This document shows, piece by piece, positions 18,198-27,414 of a DNA stretch of 64,000 bases. The stretch is from the NCBI GenBank assembly GCA_015064355.1, contig SVSJ01000007.1:7435-71434 (forward strand), given 5' to 3'. Within the stretch, counting starts at the first letter, position 1, and each line of letters opens with the position of its first letter. Both the position numbers and the translations under genes were made by a program. A model generated the notes under the pieces. The model was not told the origin of the DNA. It saw nothing but the letters and a program-made list of their open reading frames with translations, and searched no databases. The DNA comes from Oscillospiraceae bacterium. GTDB lineage: Bacteria > Bacillota > Clostridia > Oscillospirales > CAG-272.

Positions 18198-18735
18198 AGC
18201 CCTCCTTCAATAGTTCTTTTTTTAACGTATTCTTTGCTCGGTAAAGGAGATTTTCTATCTGACGCTTGCTCTTTCTCATTACCCGGGCCGCTTCATCATT
18301 GGTCATATCCTCAAAATACACCATATACAGCACCGAGAAATAATCCTTGTTCAAATTTCTCATTGCTCGGTGAAGAGCTATCTTATCCTCTGATTTGATA
18401 TATTCTTCCTCAAGTGAGTGTTCGTCGCTCACAAGGTCAGCGTAATCCAGAATTGACCCGTCAGCTGTTTTCGCTGCTTTTTTCAGATAATTAAGAGCTA
18501 TGTTTCTGCCAATGGTATAAAGCCAGGTTTTGAAGGTAAACCTTGCCACGTACGCGGGTCTTTTCACTGCAAGCTTGAAAAAGGTATCCTCTGCCAAGTC
18601 CTCTGCAATGTGGATATTCTTTACATAGCCGTTCAGATAGAAGATCAGCCCGTCTTTGTAGTCTCGTATTATCTCAACAAGTCCGTTGTCATCACCTTTG
18701 AGAAAACGGTGGTAGCTACTTGCACCGTTATCCAT
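18178..18735 (-). CDS. ECF-type sigma-70 family RNA polymerase sigma factor
   Basis: Region 2 (ED.FFK...P....F.TWLYTIGRN.ALNYLKK) and region 4 (FSVLYMVYFEDMTNDEAARVMRKSKRQIENLLYRAK). I prefer the ATG at 18735 with AAGGAG 8 nt upstream. Confidence 0.8.
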   Translation of the reverse strand: MDNGASSYHRFLKGDDNGLVEIIRDYKDGLIFYLNGYVKNIHIAEDLAEDTFFKLAVKRPAYVARFTFKTWLYTIGRNIALNYLKKAAKTADGSILDYADLVSDEHSLEEEYIKSEDKIALHRAMRNLNKDYFSVLYMVYFEDMTNDEAARVMRKSKRQIENLLYRAKNTLKKELLKEGFDYEKL

Positions 18736-18909
18736 TGACATCACTCCTTTCCACCGGGTCAATCTCTTGCCCTTCACTTATTTAACAATTGAGGGAGCAG
18801 TTTCTCTCACTCATTATACCATATTTCCCACTGCATTTTTTATGAGGTCTTGCAATAATATGAAATTTGTGGTAATATTATAGAAAGATAATTCGGAAGA
18901 GGTGATACT

Positions 18910-19395
18910 ATGCCCCAGGACAAGCAAAGCAAAAAGATAATAGCAGTCAACCGCAAGGCGCGTCACGACTATTTTGTTGAGGACACCTATGAGGCGGGGA
19001 TCGAGCTTTTTGGCACAGAGGTCAAGAGCCTGCGTCTGGGTCAGGTCAACCTGAAGGACTCCTTCTGCCGGGTTATTGACGGTGAGCTTTTTGCCATCGG
19101 TGTGCATATCTCACCTTACGAAAAGGGCAATATCTTCAACCGTGATCCCATGCGTCACAAAAAGCTTTTGATGCACAAGAGGGAGATTTTGAAGCTGCAG
19201 CAGTACATCACCCGCGACAGCTACACTCTCGTGCCCCTTTCCCTTTATTTTTCCGGCTCCAACGTAAAGATGGAGGTTGGCCTCTGCAAGGGTAAAAAGC
19301 TGTGGGACAAGAGAGAATCCGATGCCAAGGCTCAGGCAGGTCGCGAGATCGAGCGAGTAACAAAATCAAGAAGCCACAGGGATTATGAGGATTAA
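18910..19395 (+). CDS. smpB: SsrA-binding protein SmpB
   Basis: IAVNRKARHDYFVEDTYEAGIELFGTEVKSLR and the rest align with the SmpB family. The gene sits immediately upstream of tmRNA. Confidence 0.95.
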   Translation: MPQDKQSKKIIAVNRKARHDYFVEDTYEAGIELFGTEVKSLRLGQVNLKDSFCRVIDGELFAIGVHISPYEKGNIFNRDPMRHKKLLMHKREILKLQQYITRDSYTLVPLSLYFSGSNVKMEVGLCKGKKLWDKRESDAKAQAGREIERVTKSRSHRDYED

Positions 19396-19441
19396 CTAAT
19401 TATCTCAAAACCAAAAAATAATGAAAATATGCCCTACCCCA

Positions 19442-19470
19442 TTGAAATTTTCTTCCGGGTAGGGTATAAT
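19442..19470 (+). promoter_or_regulatory. Sigma-A promoter for ssrA
   Basis: TTGAAA (19442-19447), 17 nt, TATAAT (19465-19470). Confidence 0.6.
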
Positions 19471-19498
19471 ATATAAGCATCGAGAAATCGATCCGAAT

Positions 19499-19879
19499 GG
19501 GGACGTAAAGGTTTCGACGGGGATTTTGAAGTGCGATAAGCGGGTAGAGTTTGGGGAAACTCTTAAATAAGCCCTAACTTAAAATTAAACGCTAACGATA
19601 ATTTAGCTTACGCTGCCTAAGTGCAGCTGTCCGTTCGGAGATTGCCACGACTCCGAATTGTCCCTCTAATCGGGAGTGAGCCCCTATTTGGCCACGGCAT
19701 CATCGTAGTGGCGTCCGTGAACGGTAAGTTTGCTTTTGTAACCGTCACGCATTAAAAAGCTACCTGAGCGAGTTGCCTGTCCGCCGGCGGCTCGTCAGGG
19801 AATCTTCATAGACGGACTGCACCCGGAGAAAGTTGCGTGGATAGGTTTTCGGACGCGAGTTCGACTCTCGCCGTCTCCA
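19499..19879 (+). ncRNA. ssrA: tmRNA (SsrA)
   Basis: 5' GGGGACGTAAAGGTTTCGACGGGG. The 3' tRNA-like end is GGACGCGAGTTCGACTCTCGCCGTCTCCA, and its acceptor arm is complementary to the 5' end. CCA is not encoded. The tag ORF GCT AAC GAT AAT TTA GCT TAC GCT GCC TAA (19591-19620) encodes ANDNLAYAA. Confidence 0.9.
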
Positions 19880-19987
19880 TAATTTGCGCCAACAAGTTGG
19901 CTAAATAAGAGATAAAAGATAATAGATAAGATTTTTCTATTGTTCATTATCTCTTGTTTTTGTTTACAGCAAACACGAGGTAACATT

Positions 19988-20443
19988 ATGAACTACAACA
20001 TTATAAGTTTATCTGACCGGCCGGAGATGAAAGACGAAATGGCTCTCTGGTTTCACAAAAAATGGGGTATTCCCCTCTCTGCGTACCTTGAAAGCATGGA
20101 CGAATGTCTCCGTGGCGACGGGCGTGTGCCCCAGTGGTATGTTGCAGTTGAAGGTGAGCGGATAATCGGCGGCGCCGGAGTTATCGAAAACGATTTCCAC
20201 GATCGTCCTGATCTCACCCCCAACGTTTGCGCGGTTTACGTTGAGGAGGACAAGCGAGGGCTTGGAATTGCCGGAGAGATACTCAATCACATCTGCCGCG
20301 ATATGAAGAACCGCGGAATAGACACCTTGTATCTTCTCACAGATCACACATCTTTTTACGAAAGATACAGCTGGGAATTTTTCTGTCCGGCCCAAGGTGA
20401 CGGAGAGGACGAGCCCTCCAGAATGTATATTCACAGAGAATAA
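19988..20443 (+). CDS. GNAT-family N-acetyltransferase
   Basis: Acetyl-CoA binding-type block VYVEEDKRGLGIAGEILNHI. ATG at 19988 with GAGG 7 nt upstream. Confidence 0.7.
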   Translation: MNYNIISLSDRPEMKDEMALWFHKKWGIPLSAYLESMDECLRGDGRVPQWYVAVEGERIIGGAGVIENDFHDRPDLTPNVCAVYVEEDKRGLGIAGEILNHICRDMKNRGIDTLYLLTDHTSFYERYSWEFFCPAQGDGEDEPSRMYIHRE

Positions 20444-20447
20444 AAAT

Positions 20448-20480
20448 AAAGCCCGTCTTCAATTGAAGATAGGCTTTTTA
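20448..20480. terminator. Bidirectional terminator between convergent genes
   Basis: Sequence AAAGCCCGTCTTCAATTGAAGATAGGCTTTTT, with the TCTTC/GAAGA stem and GCC/GGC extensions. Confidence 0.65.
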
Positions 20481-20486
20481 TTTATA

Positions 20487-21068
20487 TTACTGTTCGCGGA
20501 ACACGATCTCACCGGTCTCTGCGTTCATTGAATCAACGATAGCCACAGACTCAAGGTGGTAGCCAAGGTTGCGGATGCTTCTTCCGCCAAACTGGAATCC
20601 CTTTTCAATAGCGATGCCAAGACCTTCGACCGTTGCGCCGGCGGATTCGGTAATGGAGATAAGCCCCTGGAGGGCGCATCCGTTTGCAAGGAAGTCGTCG
20701 ATGATCAGCACGTGATCGTCAGGGCTTAAATACTTCTTGGAAACGATAACCTGGTTCTTGTTTTTGTGGGTAAAGGATTCAACCTCTGCAACGTACATAT
20801 CTCCGTCGATATTCACGCTTTTTGATTTCTTCGCGAACACCAGCGGCACGCCGAATGCTCTGGCAACAGAACAAGCGATTGCAATGCCTGACGCCTCAAT
20901 GGTCAGAACCTTGTTGATGTTCTTACCTGCAAAGCGACGCTTGAATTCGTCTCCAAGCTGATCCATAAGAGAAATGTCCATCTGGTGATTGAGGAAACTG
21001 TCCACCTTCAGCACGTTACCGGGCTTTACCACTCCGTCTTTAACGATTCTTTCTTCCAAAAAGTTCAT
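20487..21068 (-). CDS. xpt: Xanthine phosphoribosyltransferase
   Basis: Colinear with B. subtilis Xpt as I recall it ([22 protein letters not shown] loop [11 protein letters not shown]). Confidence 0.9.
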   Translation of the reverse strand: MNFLEERIVKDGVVKPGNVLKVDSFLNHQMDISLMDQLGDEFKRRFAGKNINKVLTIEASGIAIACSVARAFGVPLVFAKKSKSVNIDGDMYVAEVESFTHKNKNQVIVSKKYLSPDDHVLIIDDFLANGCALQGLISITESAGATVEGLGIAIEKGFQFGGRSIRNLGYHLESVAIVDSMNAETGEIVFREQ

Positions 21069-21240
21069 GTCGCATCTCCTAAGCTATAATTTGTCTAATT
21101 ATAGCATAAATTTTCGATTTTGTCAGTATGTTTTCAAAAAAACAACAGACGATTTTATTTTTTCTCTCCGCTATTGCTTTTCCCGGTGGATTATGATACC
21201 ATTATTATATAAATAATCAGACATACAGAGGATTTGCTAT

Positions 21241-22791
21241 ATGAAGATCGAAATCAAGCACAAATATCTGGTTTTCCCGGTCAACACATTCTGTCCCCAG
21301 ATCCAGCACCGCTTCTTCTACGAAGGTGATCTGTTTTGCAGACTGAACATCAAAATCGACAAGGAGAATCCCAGCTTTACTGCCTATGTTGATATGTCGG
21401 CGTATCTGGGTAAGGTTATCGACCTTGAGCTGCCCGAGGGAGCCGAAACTGTATTCGAGCAAGCCGATACAATGGATCTTCCGAACCTTTACAAGGAAGA
21501 TTACAGACCCGCCGTCCACTTCACCACCAAAAACGGCTGGACAAACGACCCCAACGGTCTTATATATCTGAACGGCGAGTACCATATGTTCTTCCAGCAC
21601 AATCCCTGCGAGGCTAAATGGAACAATATGAGCTGGGGACACGCAGTCAGCCGCGACCTTATTCACTGGAACGAGCTTGACGTTGCAATGTGGCCGGACA
21701 AGTACGGTGAGATGTTCTCCGGTTGTGCGTTTATTGACGAGCACAATCTCACAGGCTTGCAGGAGGGAGACGAGCCCCCAGTTCTTCTCTACTACACCGC
21801 CACAAATCCAATAATTCAGCGTCTTGCATACTCCACCGACGGCTTGAAGACTATCAAAAAGCACGACAAGCCCATGGTTCCCCTTATTACAGACGGCAAC
21901 CGTGACCCTGCCGTTGTTTACTGCGAGGATATTGGCTGCTACATTATGGCGCTGTATCTTGAGCAGGATATATTCGGGATCCTCACATCAAGCGATCTTA
22001 TGAACTGGGAGCTGCTCCAGAGGTTCCACTTCCCCGGTGACTATGAATGCCCGGATATTTTCACTATGTACACCAAGGAAGGCGAGCGCAAGTGGGTTAT
22101 CATGGGCGCCCGCAACAGATATATGGTGGGCGAGATGACAAAAGAAGGATTTGTTCCATCACAGGAAGCTATGTCTCTCGGCTATTCCGGCACAAACTAC
22201 GCAGGCCATTCATTCTACAACATGCCAGGAGACAGAAGAGTAAGAATCGACTGGGACAGATGGAACATTCCAACCCTCAAGCTCAACGGTCAGATGAGTG
22301 TTCCAAACGAGCTGACCCTTGAAAAGCACGGGGATATATACTACCTTTGCTCTAATCCTATAGCAGAGTTTGAGTCCCTTTACGACTCCACCAGAGTTTT
22401 CGCTAACATAAAACTCACAAAGGATTCGGGCTACGAAATCGCCGCAAAGCCCGGTGCGTATCTTATGAAGATGAGCTGCGAGCCTACTGACGCGATTATC
22501 GAAATGAACGTGTTTGGCTCTGTGTTCACCTTTGATTTCAAGGAAAACGTGGTGAAATTCGCTGGAGAAAGAACCATACCCATGACAGTGCTATCTGACA
22601 AGCTTGATCTCACCCTGATAGTTGACCGATTCAGCGCAGAGCTTTATCTGGACGGAGGCAAGGCTATCACCGGTATCGTTGATCCTGCTGTGTCTATCAA
22701 TTATGATCTCTCAAAGATCATCCTCTCCGCAGACAGCGACGCGGTGATTGATAAGCTCCGGATCACTTCACTCAAGTCCATTTGGGAATAA
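21241..22791 (+). CDS. Glycoside hydrolase family 32 (beta-fructofuranosidase / sucrose-6-phosphate hydrolase-like)
   Basis: GH32 catalytic motifs are present: WTNDPNG (nucleophile), RDP (GNRDPAV), EC (DYECPD). No signal peptide. Confidence 0.85.
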   Translation: MKIEIKHKYLVFPVNTFCPQIQHRFFYEGDLFCRLNIKIDKENPSFTAYVDMSAYLGKVIDLELPEGAETVFEQADTMDLPNLYKEDYRPAVHFTTKNGWTNDPNGLIYLNGEYHMFFQHNPCEAKWNNMSWGHAVSRDLIHWNELDVAMWPDKYGEMFSGCAFIDEHNLTGLQEGDEPPVLLYYTATNPIIQRLAYSTDGLKTIKKHDKPMVPLITDGNRDPAVVYCEDIGCYIMALYLEQDIFGILTSSDLMNWELLQRFHFPGDYECPDIFTMYTKEGERKWVIMGARNRYMVGEMTKEGFVPSQEAMSLGYSGTNYAGHSFYNMPGDRRVRIDWDRWNIPTLKLNGQMSVPNELTLEKHGDIYYLCSNPIAEFESLYDSTRVFANIKLTKDSGYEIAAKPGAYLMKMSCEPTDAIIEMNVFGSVFTFDFKENVVKFAGERTIPMTVLSDKLDLTLIVDRFSAELYLDGGKAITGIVDPAVSINYDLSKIILSADSDAVIDKLRITSLKSIWE

Positions 22792-22801
22792 TAGAATAGT
22801 C

Positions 22802-22840
22802 AAAGCCCATCCTCAAATCGAAGATGGGCTTTGTTATGTT
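22802..22840. terminator. Bidirectional terminator
   Basis: Stem AAAGCCCATC/GATGGGCTTT between convergent genes. Confidence 0.7.
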
Positions 22841-22861
22841 TGCGAAGCGGTTGCCCCGCGG

Positions 22862-24160
22862 TTATAGCTTGCGGATTGAGTATAGCCGGTTCATTACCGT
22901 CCACAGCGCCGGGAAGTATCGCATTATGTTCCACACCCCTGCCCCGTCAAGGCCGTACTCGGACACAAGTCGCAGCATTGCCTCTGAGCTTCGCGCATTA
23001 CCAAACCACACGATATGCTCCACCGCATCATCGTAGGTAACGGGACGATCATAGTATGTGAATAATGGCGACTCAGCCGCCTCATCGTATTCGATGGAAG
23101 CACAACGGTTAAGTGCAAGCTGTACTGCCTCTACATTCCCAAGGGAATCTGCTTTTGACTCACCGCGCACGTAAGGCAACGCCCAGTCATACCCGTAGTT
23201 GGGGATTCCAACGAATATCTTTTCCCTGGGGATCTCCGTGATGGCGTAATCAATGACCCGGCGCACCTCATTGATAGGTGACACAGGTAGTGGCGGACCA
23301 TAGGTGTATCCCCACTCGTAGGTCATAAGCAGTACCTTGTCTGCCGCAGCTCCCAGTCCGCCGTAATCGTGACCGCCGTACAAAAGCCCCGGTTGATCTG
23401 CCCGATATTTTGGCGCAAGGGAGACAAACACCGGGTATTCTTCCCCAAGCGCCGCCGATAACTGTTCAACAAACTCCGGATATGCGACGGAATATTCTGC
23501 AGGGATATACTCAAAATCCACGTCAACCCCGCCGTAGCCTTTTGCGGTTACCGTCTGAACCACGCTGTTTATGACAGATGTTGCCAGCGCTTCATTTGCC
23601 AGCACCTCCGCTGCAAGCTTTGAGGAAAACGTGCCTCGCTCCGTAAGAGACGTCAACACAAGGAGTGGCACAGTACCATACTCCCGCGCCAAGGCTATAA
23701 CCTCCGTGTCGTCAGCCGCCGGTGGCAAAAGAGTGCCATCGTCACGAATTCCGTATGAGAACACGGACAGGTAGGTGAGATAAGGGAGAGTTCGGCGAAG
23801 AACATCACGGTCAATGTAAGGATATGCGTATCCGTTTGAGGATATTTCCCCAAGAGGCGGTGTCTCGTAGGCGATATTCAGAACCTGCCCGGGGTAAATG
23901 TTAGGCAAGCCACCAAGTATCGGATTGTTGCGGTAAATATCAATGAGTGACACCCCGTACTGCTCACGTATTCTCTCAAGGGTATCTCCGCCCCGCACCG
24001 TGTGTGTGATCGTGGGATACAGTATGATCAGATCCTGTCCCACCACCAGCCGCCCGGGATTTTCAAGGATATTATCCGTAATTAGCCGTGTGGGCGGAAT
24101 TCCATATTCGCGGGCTATGGAGTACACGGTATCCCCCCGTCTTACTGTATGTATAGTCAT
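22862..24160 (-). CDS. 2x LysM + GH18 domain protein (SleL/YaaH-like spore peptidoglycan hydrolase)
   Basis: Two LysM repeats (HTVRRGDTVYSIAREYGI, HTVRGGDTLERIREQYGV) and a GH18 block GYGGVDVDFEY. I prefer the ATG at 24160 (MTIHTV...). Confidence 0.75.
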   Translation of the reverse strand: MTIHTVRRGDTVYSIAREYGIPPTRLITDNILENPGRLVVGQDLIILYPTITHTVRGGDTLERIREQYGVSLIDIYRNNPILGGLPNIYPGQVLNIAYETPPLGEISSNGYAYPYIDRDVLRRTLPYLTYLSVFSYGIRDDGTLLPPAADDTEVIALAREYGTVPLLVLTSLTERGTFSSKLAAEVLANEALATSVINSVVQTVTAKGYGGVDVDFEYIPAEYSVAYPEFVEQLSAALGEEYPVFVSLAPKYRADQPGLLYGGHDYGGLGAAADKVLLMTYEWGYTYGPPLPVSPINEVRRVIDYAITEIPREKIFVGIPNYGYDWALPYVRGESKADSLGNVEAVQLALNRCASIEYDEAAESPLFTYYDRPVTYDDAVEHIVWFGNARSSEAMLRLVSEYGLDGAGVWNIMRYFPALWTVMNRLYSIRKL

Positions 24161-24229
24161 AAAAAACCAACCTTTCGCTATATATGATCCGTCTATGATC
24201 ATTATATGCTTCGGGTTGGTTTTTGATTA

Positions 24230-25537
24230 TTATTTCAAGAAAATTTCCAGCACGGGGATTTCTGCATTTGTGGGTTTCTTCACGGGAAGTGAGATCTCCA
24301 CTATATTACGCTCTGGCAGCTCGGTGTAGAATATCTCCGATGCATCGTTAAGAAGCTGGATATACTCAACGTGTTCGCAAACCTCGCCGCGAAGGTATAT
24401 CTTGCCGAAATTCCAGTTATAGATGTGCAGATAAAGCCTCTTTGTTTCAGGATTGTAGGTGTATCGGCAGTCCTTCGGGCACTCGAATTCAAGTGGTGCC
24501 TGGGTGCAACCGTAGATGGATCGGGAGTGACGCTTCATCCATTTGCCTATTCCCTTGAGCCTGTCCACAGCACGCTCGTCCATCTCTCCTCTACCGGTAG
24601 GACCAACATTCAAAAGCAGATTTCCACCCATTGATACGCTGTCGATAAGGAGCTTCAATAGCTGATCAACACTTTTCCAAGTCTCCTCGTCCCTTGCGTA
24701 GCCCCAGGCGCCGGAGAAGGTGTGGCAGGCCTCCCATACAACCGGTGTACCGTTTACCCTGTACCATTCAGTTGGCATAGTCTGCTCGGGGGTCTTAACG
24801 TCCTGGTCTATACCGAGGCGATCATCAATGATGATCTTCGGATTGATCCTGCGGATCTTTCTGATAAGCTCCTCGCTTTTCCATATCTCCTTTCCCTTTC
24901 CCTCGTAGTGGTAATAGGGGGGAATGGGAAAGTCATAAGGCTCGACGGAGAAGTCAAACCACATCACGTCAACAGGATCGTACTTTTTGAGGAGTTCCTC
25001 TGTTTGTGCGTGTAGATACTCGATGTACTTGTTAATATCGCGATCCTTTTCACCTGCCCAGTATTCCTCGTTATCGTACATTGGGTGATTCTGGTCGATG
25101 GTGTAGTGAGGATGGTGCCAGTCGAGAAGCGAGTGATACAGGCCTGTGCGGAGTCCGCGTTTCTTGAAAGCCTCAACCATCGGCGTCAGCACGTCCTTAC
25201 CGTATGGGGTGTTAGTTACCTTGTAGTCGGTGTAAGCGGAGTCCCAAAGACAGAAACCGTCATGATGCTTTGTTGTTATCACAAAGTATTTCATTCCCGC
25301 TTCTGCCGCCAAGGATGCCCAAAGATCAGGGTCATACAGGTCGGGATCGAAATGTTTGAAATACTTTCTATCGTAAATGTCTGTTGGGATCTTCTCCATT
25401 CTCTTCACCCATTCGCCGCGTGACGGAAGGGCGTATATTCCCCAATGGATAAACATACCGAAACGGTCGTGAGTAAACCAGGAGGTATCTCCGGGAGTGA
25501 GAGCTGGGGTAGTCAAAGTTAAATCTTCAAGCTTCAT
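24230..25537 (-). CDS. Alpha-L-fucosidase (GH29)
   Basis: WFTHDRFGMFIHWGIYALP, KHHDGFCLW and a C-terminal beta-sandwich. No signal peptide. Confidence 0.85.
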   Translation of the reverse strand: MKLEDLTLTTPALTPGDTSWFTHDRFGMFIHWGIYALPSRGEWVKRMEKIPTDIYDRKYFKHFDPDLYDPDLWASLAAEAGMKYFVITTKHHDGFCLWDSAYTDYKVTNTPYGKDVLTPMVEAFKKRGLRTGLYHSLLDWHHPHYTIDQNHPMYDNEEYWAGEKDRDINKYIEYLHAQTEELLKKYDPVDVMWFDFSVEPYDFPIPPYYHYEGKGKEIWKSEELIRKIRRINPKIIIDDRLGIDQDVKTPEQTMPTEWYRVNGTPVVWEACHTFSGAWGYARDEETWKSVDQLLKLLIDSVSMGGNLLLNVGPTGRGEMDERAVDRLKGIGKWMKRHSRSIYGCTQAPLEFECPKDCRYTYNPETKRLYLHIYNWNFGKIYLRGEVCEHVEYIQLLNDASEIFYTELPERNIVEISLPVKKPTNAEIPVLEIFLK

Positions 25538-25676
25538 TTGTGCCTCCGATCGTGTGTTTATACAGTTAGGATATCACAAAACACGAGAAAAATCAATCTG
25601 TGGGCAAATATTCCGCATTTTTTCGGTAAATAATACCTCTGATGGAGCATTCCAAATCTAAAAAAGAGGTGAAATT

Positions 25677-26939
25677 ATGAACTGCAAAAACAATATTGAA
25701 ACTGTGCGCGCGCGGGAGATTTTGGATTCAAGGGGAAACCCCACAGTTGAAGCTATGGTTGTCCTTGAGGACGGATCTTGCGGAATTGCCGCAGCGCCGT
25801 CCGGTGCATCAACGGGCAAATACGAGGCTCACGAGCTCCGCGACGGAGACAAGAAACGCTACAACGGAAAAGGGGTACTTCAGGCGGTAGAAAACGTCAA
25901 CAGCACCATATGCGACGAGCTTCGCGGAGTTCGCTGCGACGTTGGCACAGTTGACTGCCGAATGATCCGCCTTGATGACACGGAAAACAAGAAGCGTCTT
26001 GGCGCAAATGCAATCCTCGCGGTATCTATGGCTGCGGCTCGTGCGGCTGCAACATACTACAAGATGCCCCTGTACCGTTATCTCGGTGGGGTTTCCGGCA
26101 ATACTCTTCCGATCCCTCTGATGAACATCTTAAACGGCGGCGCTCACGCGGCAAACAGCCTGGATATCCAGGAGTTTATGATCATGCCCACAAAATTCGG
26201 CACGTTTTCCGAGGCACTTCGGGCAGGTGCTGAGATCTGCCACAAGCTCGGGGAAATTCTGAAGAAAGACGGGCACATTACCACGGTAGGCGACGAGGGC
26301 GGCTTTGCACCCAATCTTGCCACCTCCGACGAAGCTCTTGACTATATTCTATGTTCAATCGAAGAAGCAGGCTACACCACAGACCAGGTGCAGATCGCAC
26401 TGGACGTGGCGTCAAGTGAATGGGCAAATGGTAGCACCTATTCGCTTCCCAAGTGCGGCAAAGAATATTCAACAGCCGAATTGATCGGGGAGCTTGACCG
26501 AATGACAAAGAAGTATCCCATCGTTTCAATTGAAGACGGACTCGGAGAAGACGACGATGAGGGCTGGGCGGAGATGACAAAAAGAATCGGTGACCGATGC
26601 ATGCTCGTGGGAGACGATTACTTTGTGACAAATCCGAAGAAGCTGAAAAACGGCATCGACAACCACCGCGCAAACGCCATCCTTGTAAAACCAAATCAGA
26701 TAGGCACCCTTACCGAGACCATGGAAGTAGTGAATCTTGCCCGTGCTCACGGTTATCGAACAATTCTCTCCCATCGCTCCGGTGAGACCGTCGACACTAC
26801 CATTGCGGACATTGCAGTAGCTCTGAATGCGGGATATATCAAAACCGGTGCACCTGTCCGTGCCGAAAGAAGCGCGAAATACAACCGTCTGCTACGAATC
26901 GAAAGCGAGCTTGGGGGTGGGGGAAGGTACGGCGGTTAA
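25677..26939 (+). CDS. eno: Enolase (phosphopyruvate hydratase)
   Basis: AREILDSRGNPTVE, SHRSGETVDTTIADIAVA and IKTGAPVRAERSAKYNRLLRIE. Confidence 0.95.
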   Translation: MNCKNNIETVRAREILDSRGNPTVEAMVVLEDGSCGIAAAPSGASTGKYEAHELRDGDKKRYNGKGVLQAVENVNSTICDELRGVRCDVGTVDCRMIRLDDTENKKRLGANAILAVSMAAARAAATYYKMPLYRYLGGVSGNTLPIPLMNILNGGAHAANSLDIQEFMIMPTKFGTFSEALRAGAEICHKLGEILKKDGHITTVGDEGGFAPNLATSDEALDYILCSIEEAGYTTDQVQIALDVASSEWANGSTYSLPKCGKEYSTAELIGELDRMTKKYPIVSIEDGLGEDDDEGWAEMTKRIGDRCMLVGDDYFVTNPKKLKNGIDNHRANAILVKPNQIGTLTETMEVVNLARAHGYRTILSHRSGETVDTTIADIAVALNAGYIKTGAPVRAERSAKYNRLLRIESELGGGGRYGG

Positions 26940-26987
26940 TACTACCCAGGCAAATTTGAACAAAGCGTGAATTAATCAATCTTTCTA

Positions 26988-27016
26988 TTGCATTTCAGTC
27001 CTGTGTATGATATAAT
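26988..27016 (+). promoter_or_regulatory. Sigma-A promoter (extended -10) for SRP RNA
   Basis: TTGCAT (26988-26993), 17 nt, TGaTATAAT (27008-27016). Confidence 0.5.
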
Positions 27017-27041
27017 AATTTAGTATTTGGCAAGCAAAAAT

Positions 27042-27340
27042 AGCTCGTGAATCAAGGCCATACCAGCCGGGGGAGCAGCGGGTCCCTGTACTCGAAGTCC
27101 GCTACAGCGAGGGTGGAATCCCGATTTGAGGGCGTTTATTGCGTAGTCTGTACCATACGGAATGTGTTGACAAATGGGTCTTGCGCGATTAGCGGCTGTG
27201 AACCATGTCAGGTGGGGAACCAAGCAGCATTAAGCAGTTTAGCTGATGCGCCGCAGGGTAGCCTGTTTCGAGCAGGAAACTATGGTGTCGTGCGTAATGA
27301 CCGTTCGATCTTTGGGTGTATGGTCTTGATTTGCGAGCTA
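27042..27340 (+). ncRNA. ffs: Signal recognition particle RNA, long Bacillus/Clostridium type with an Alu domain
   Basis: Domain IV signature GTCAGGTGGGGAACCAAGCAGC at 27207-27228. The 5' end AGCTCGTGAATCAAGG pairs with the 3' end TCTTGATTTGCGAGCT and is followed by TTTTTT. The gene order ffs-dnaX-ybaB-recR is classical. The ends are approximate. Confidence 0.8.
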
Positions 27341-27414
27341 TTTTTTACGCCATATCATTTCGGAACATCGTAGGCAACGCCCCCTACGGAAATAGGAACA
27401 GGAGGAAGCGCAAT

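Noticed and set aside
19880-20486. A genomic island or prophage integrated at the 3' end of ssrA.
   Set aside because: There is no integrase and no direct repeat of the tmRNA 3' end downstream. The next gene is an ordinary GNAT acetyltransferase followed by xpt.
21069-21240. The expected purine (guanine/xanthine) riboswitch upstream of xpt.
   Set aside because: The minus-strand upstream region lacks the conserved purine-riboswitch core (TATA..GGATATGG...TTTCTACC..ACCGTAAAT). A promoter-like CTGACA-17-TATAAT sits only ~30 nt from the start codon, leaving no room for an aptamer. This could be confirmed with an Rfam scan.
21217-21864. Long antisense ORFs in the six-frame track: 21217-21864(-), 29060-29875(-), 48551-49648(-), 52054-52947(+), 55813-56379(+), 36052-36672(-), 45251-45937(-), and others.
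   Set aside because: Each lies entirely opposite a CDS with strong family motifs (GH32, ybaB/recR, SPFH protein, AKR, rubrerythrin, repeat protein, MFS). They have no RBS and their translations are low-complexity or motif-free. They are shadow ORFs.
27316-27414. The N-terminal extension of dnaX given in the ORF track (start at 27316).
   Set aside because: It overlaps the 3' part of the SRP RNA and its T-run. The conserved DnaX N-terminus (MHQALYRKYRP) starts at 27415, directly after an AGGAGGA RBS.
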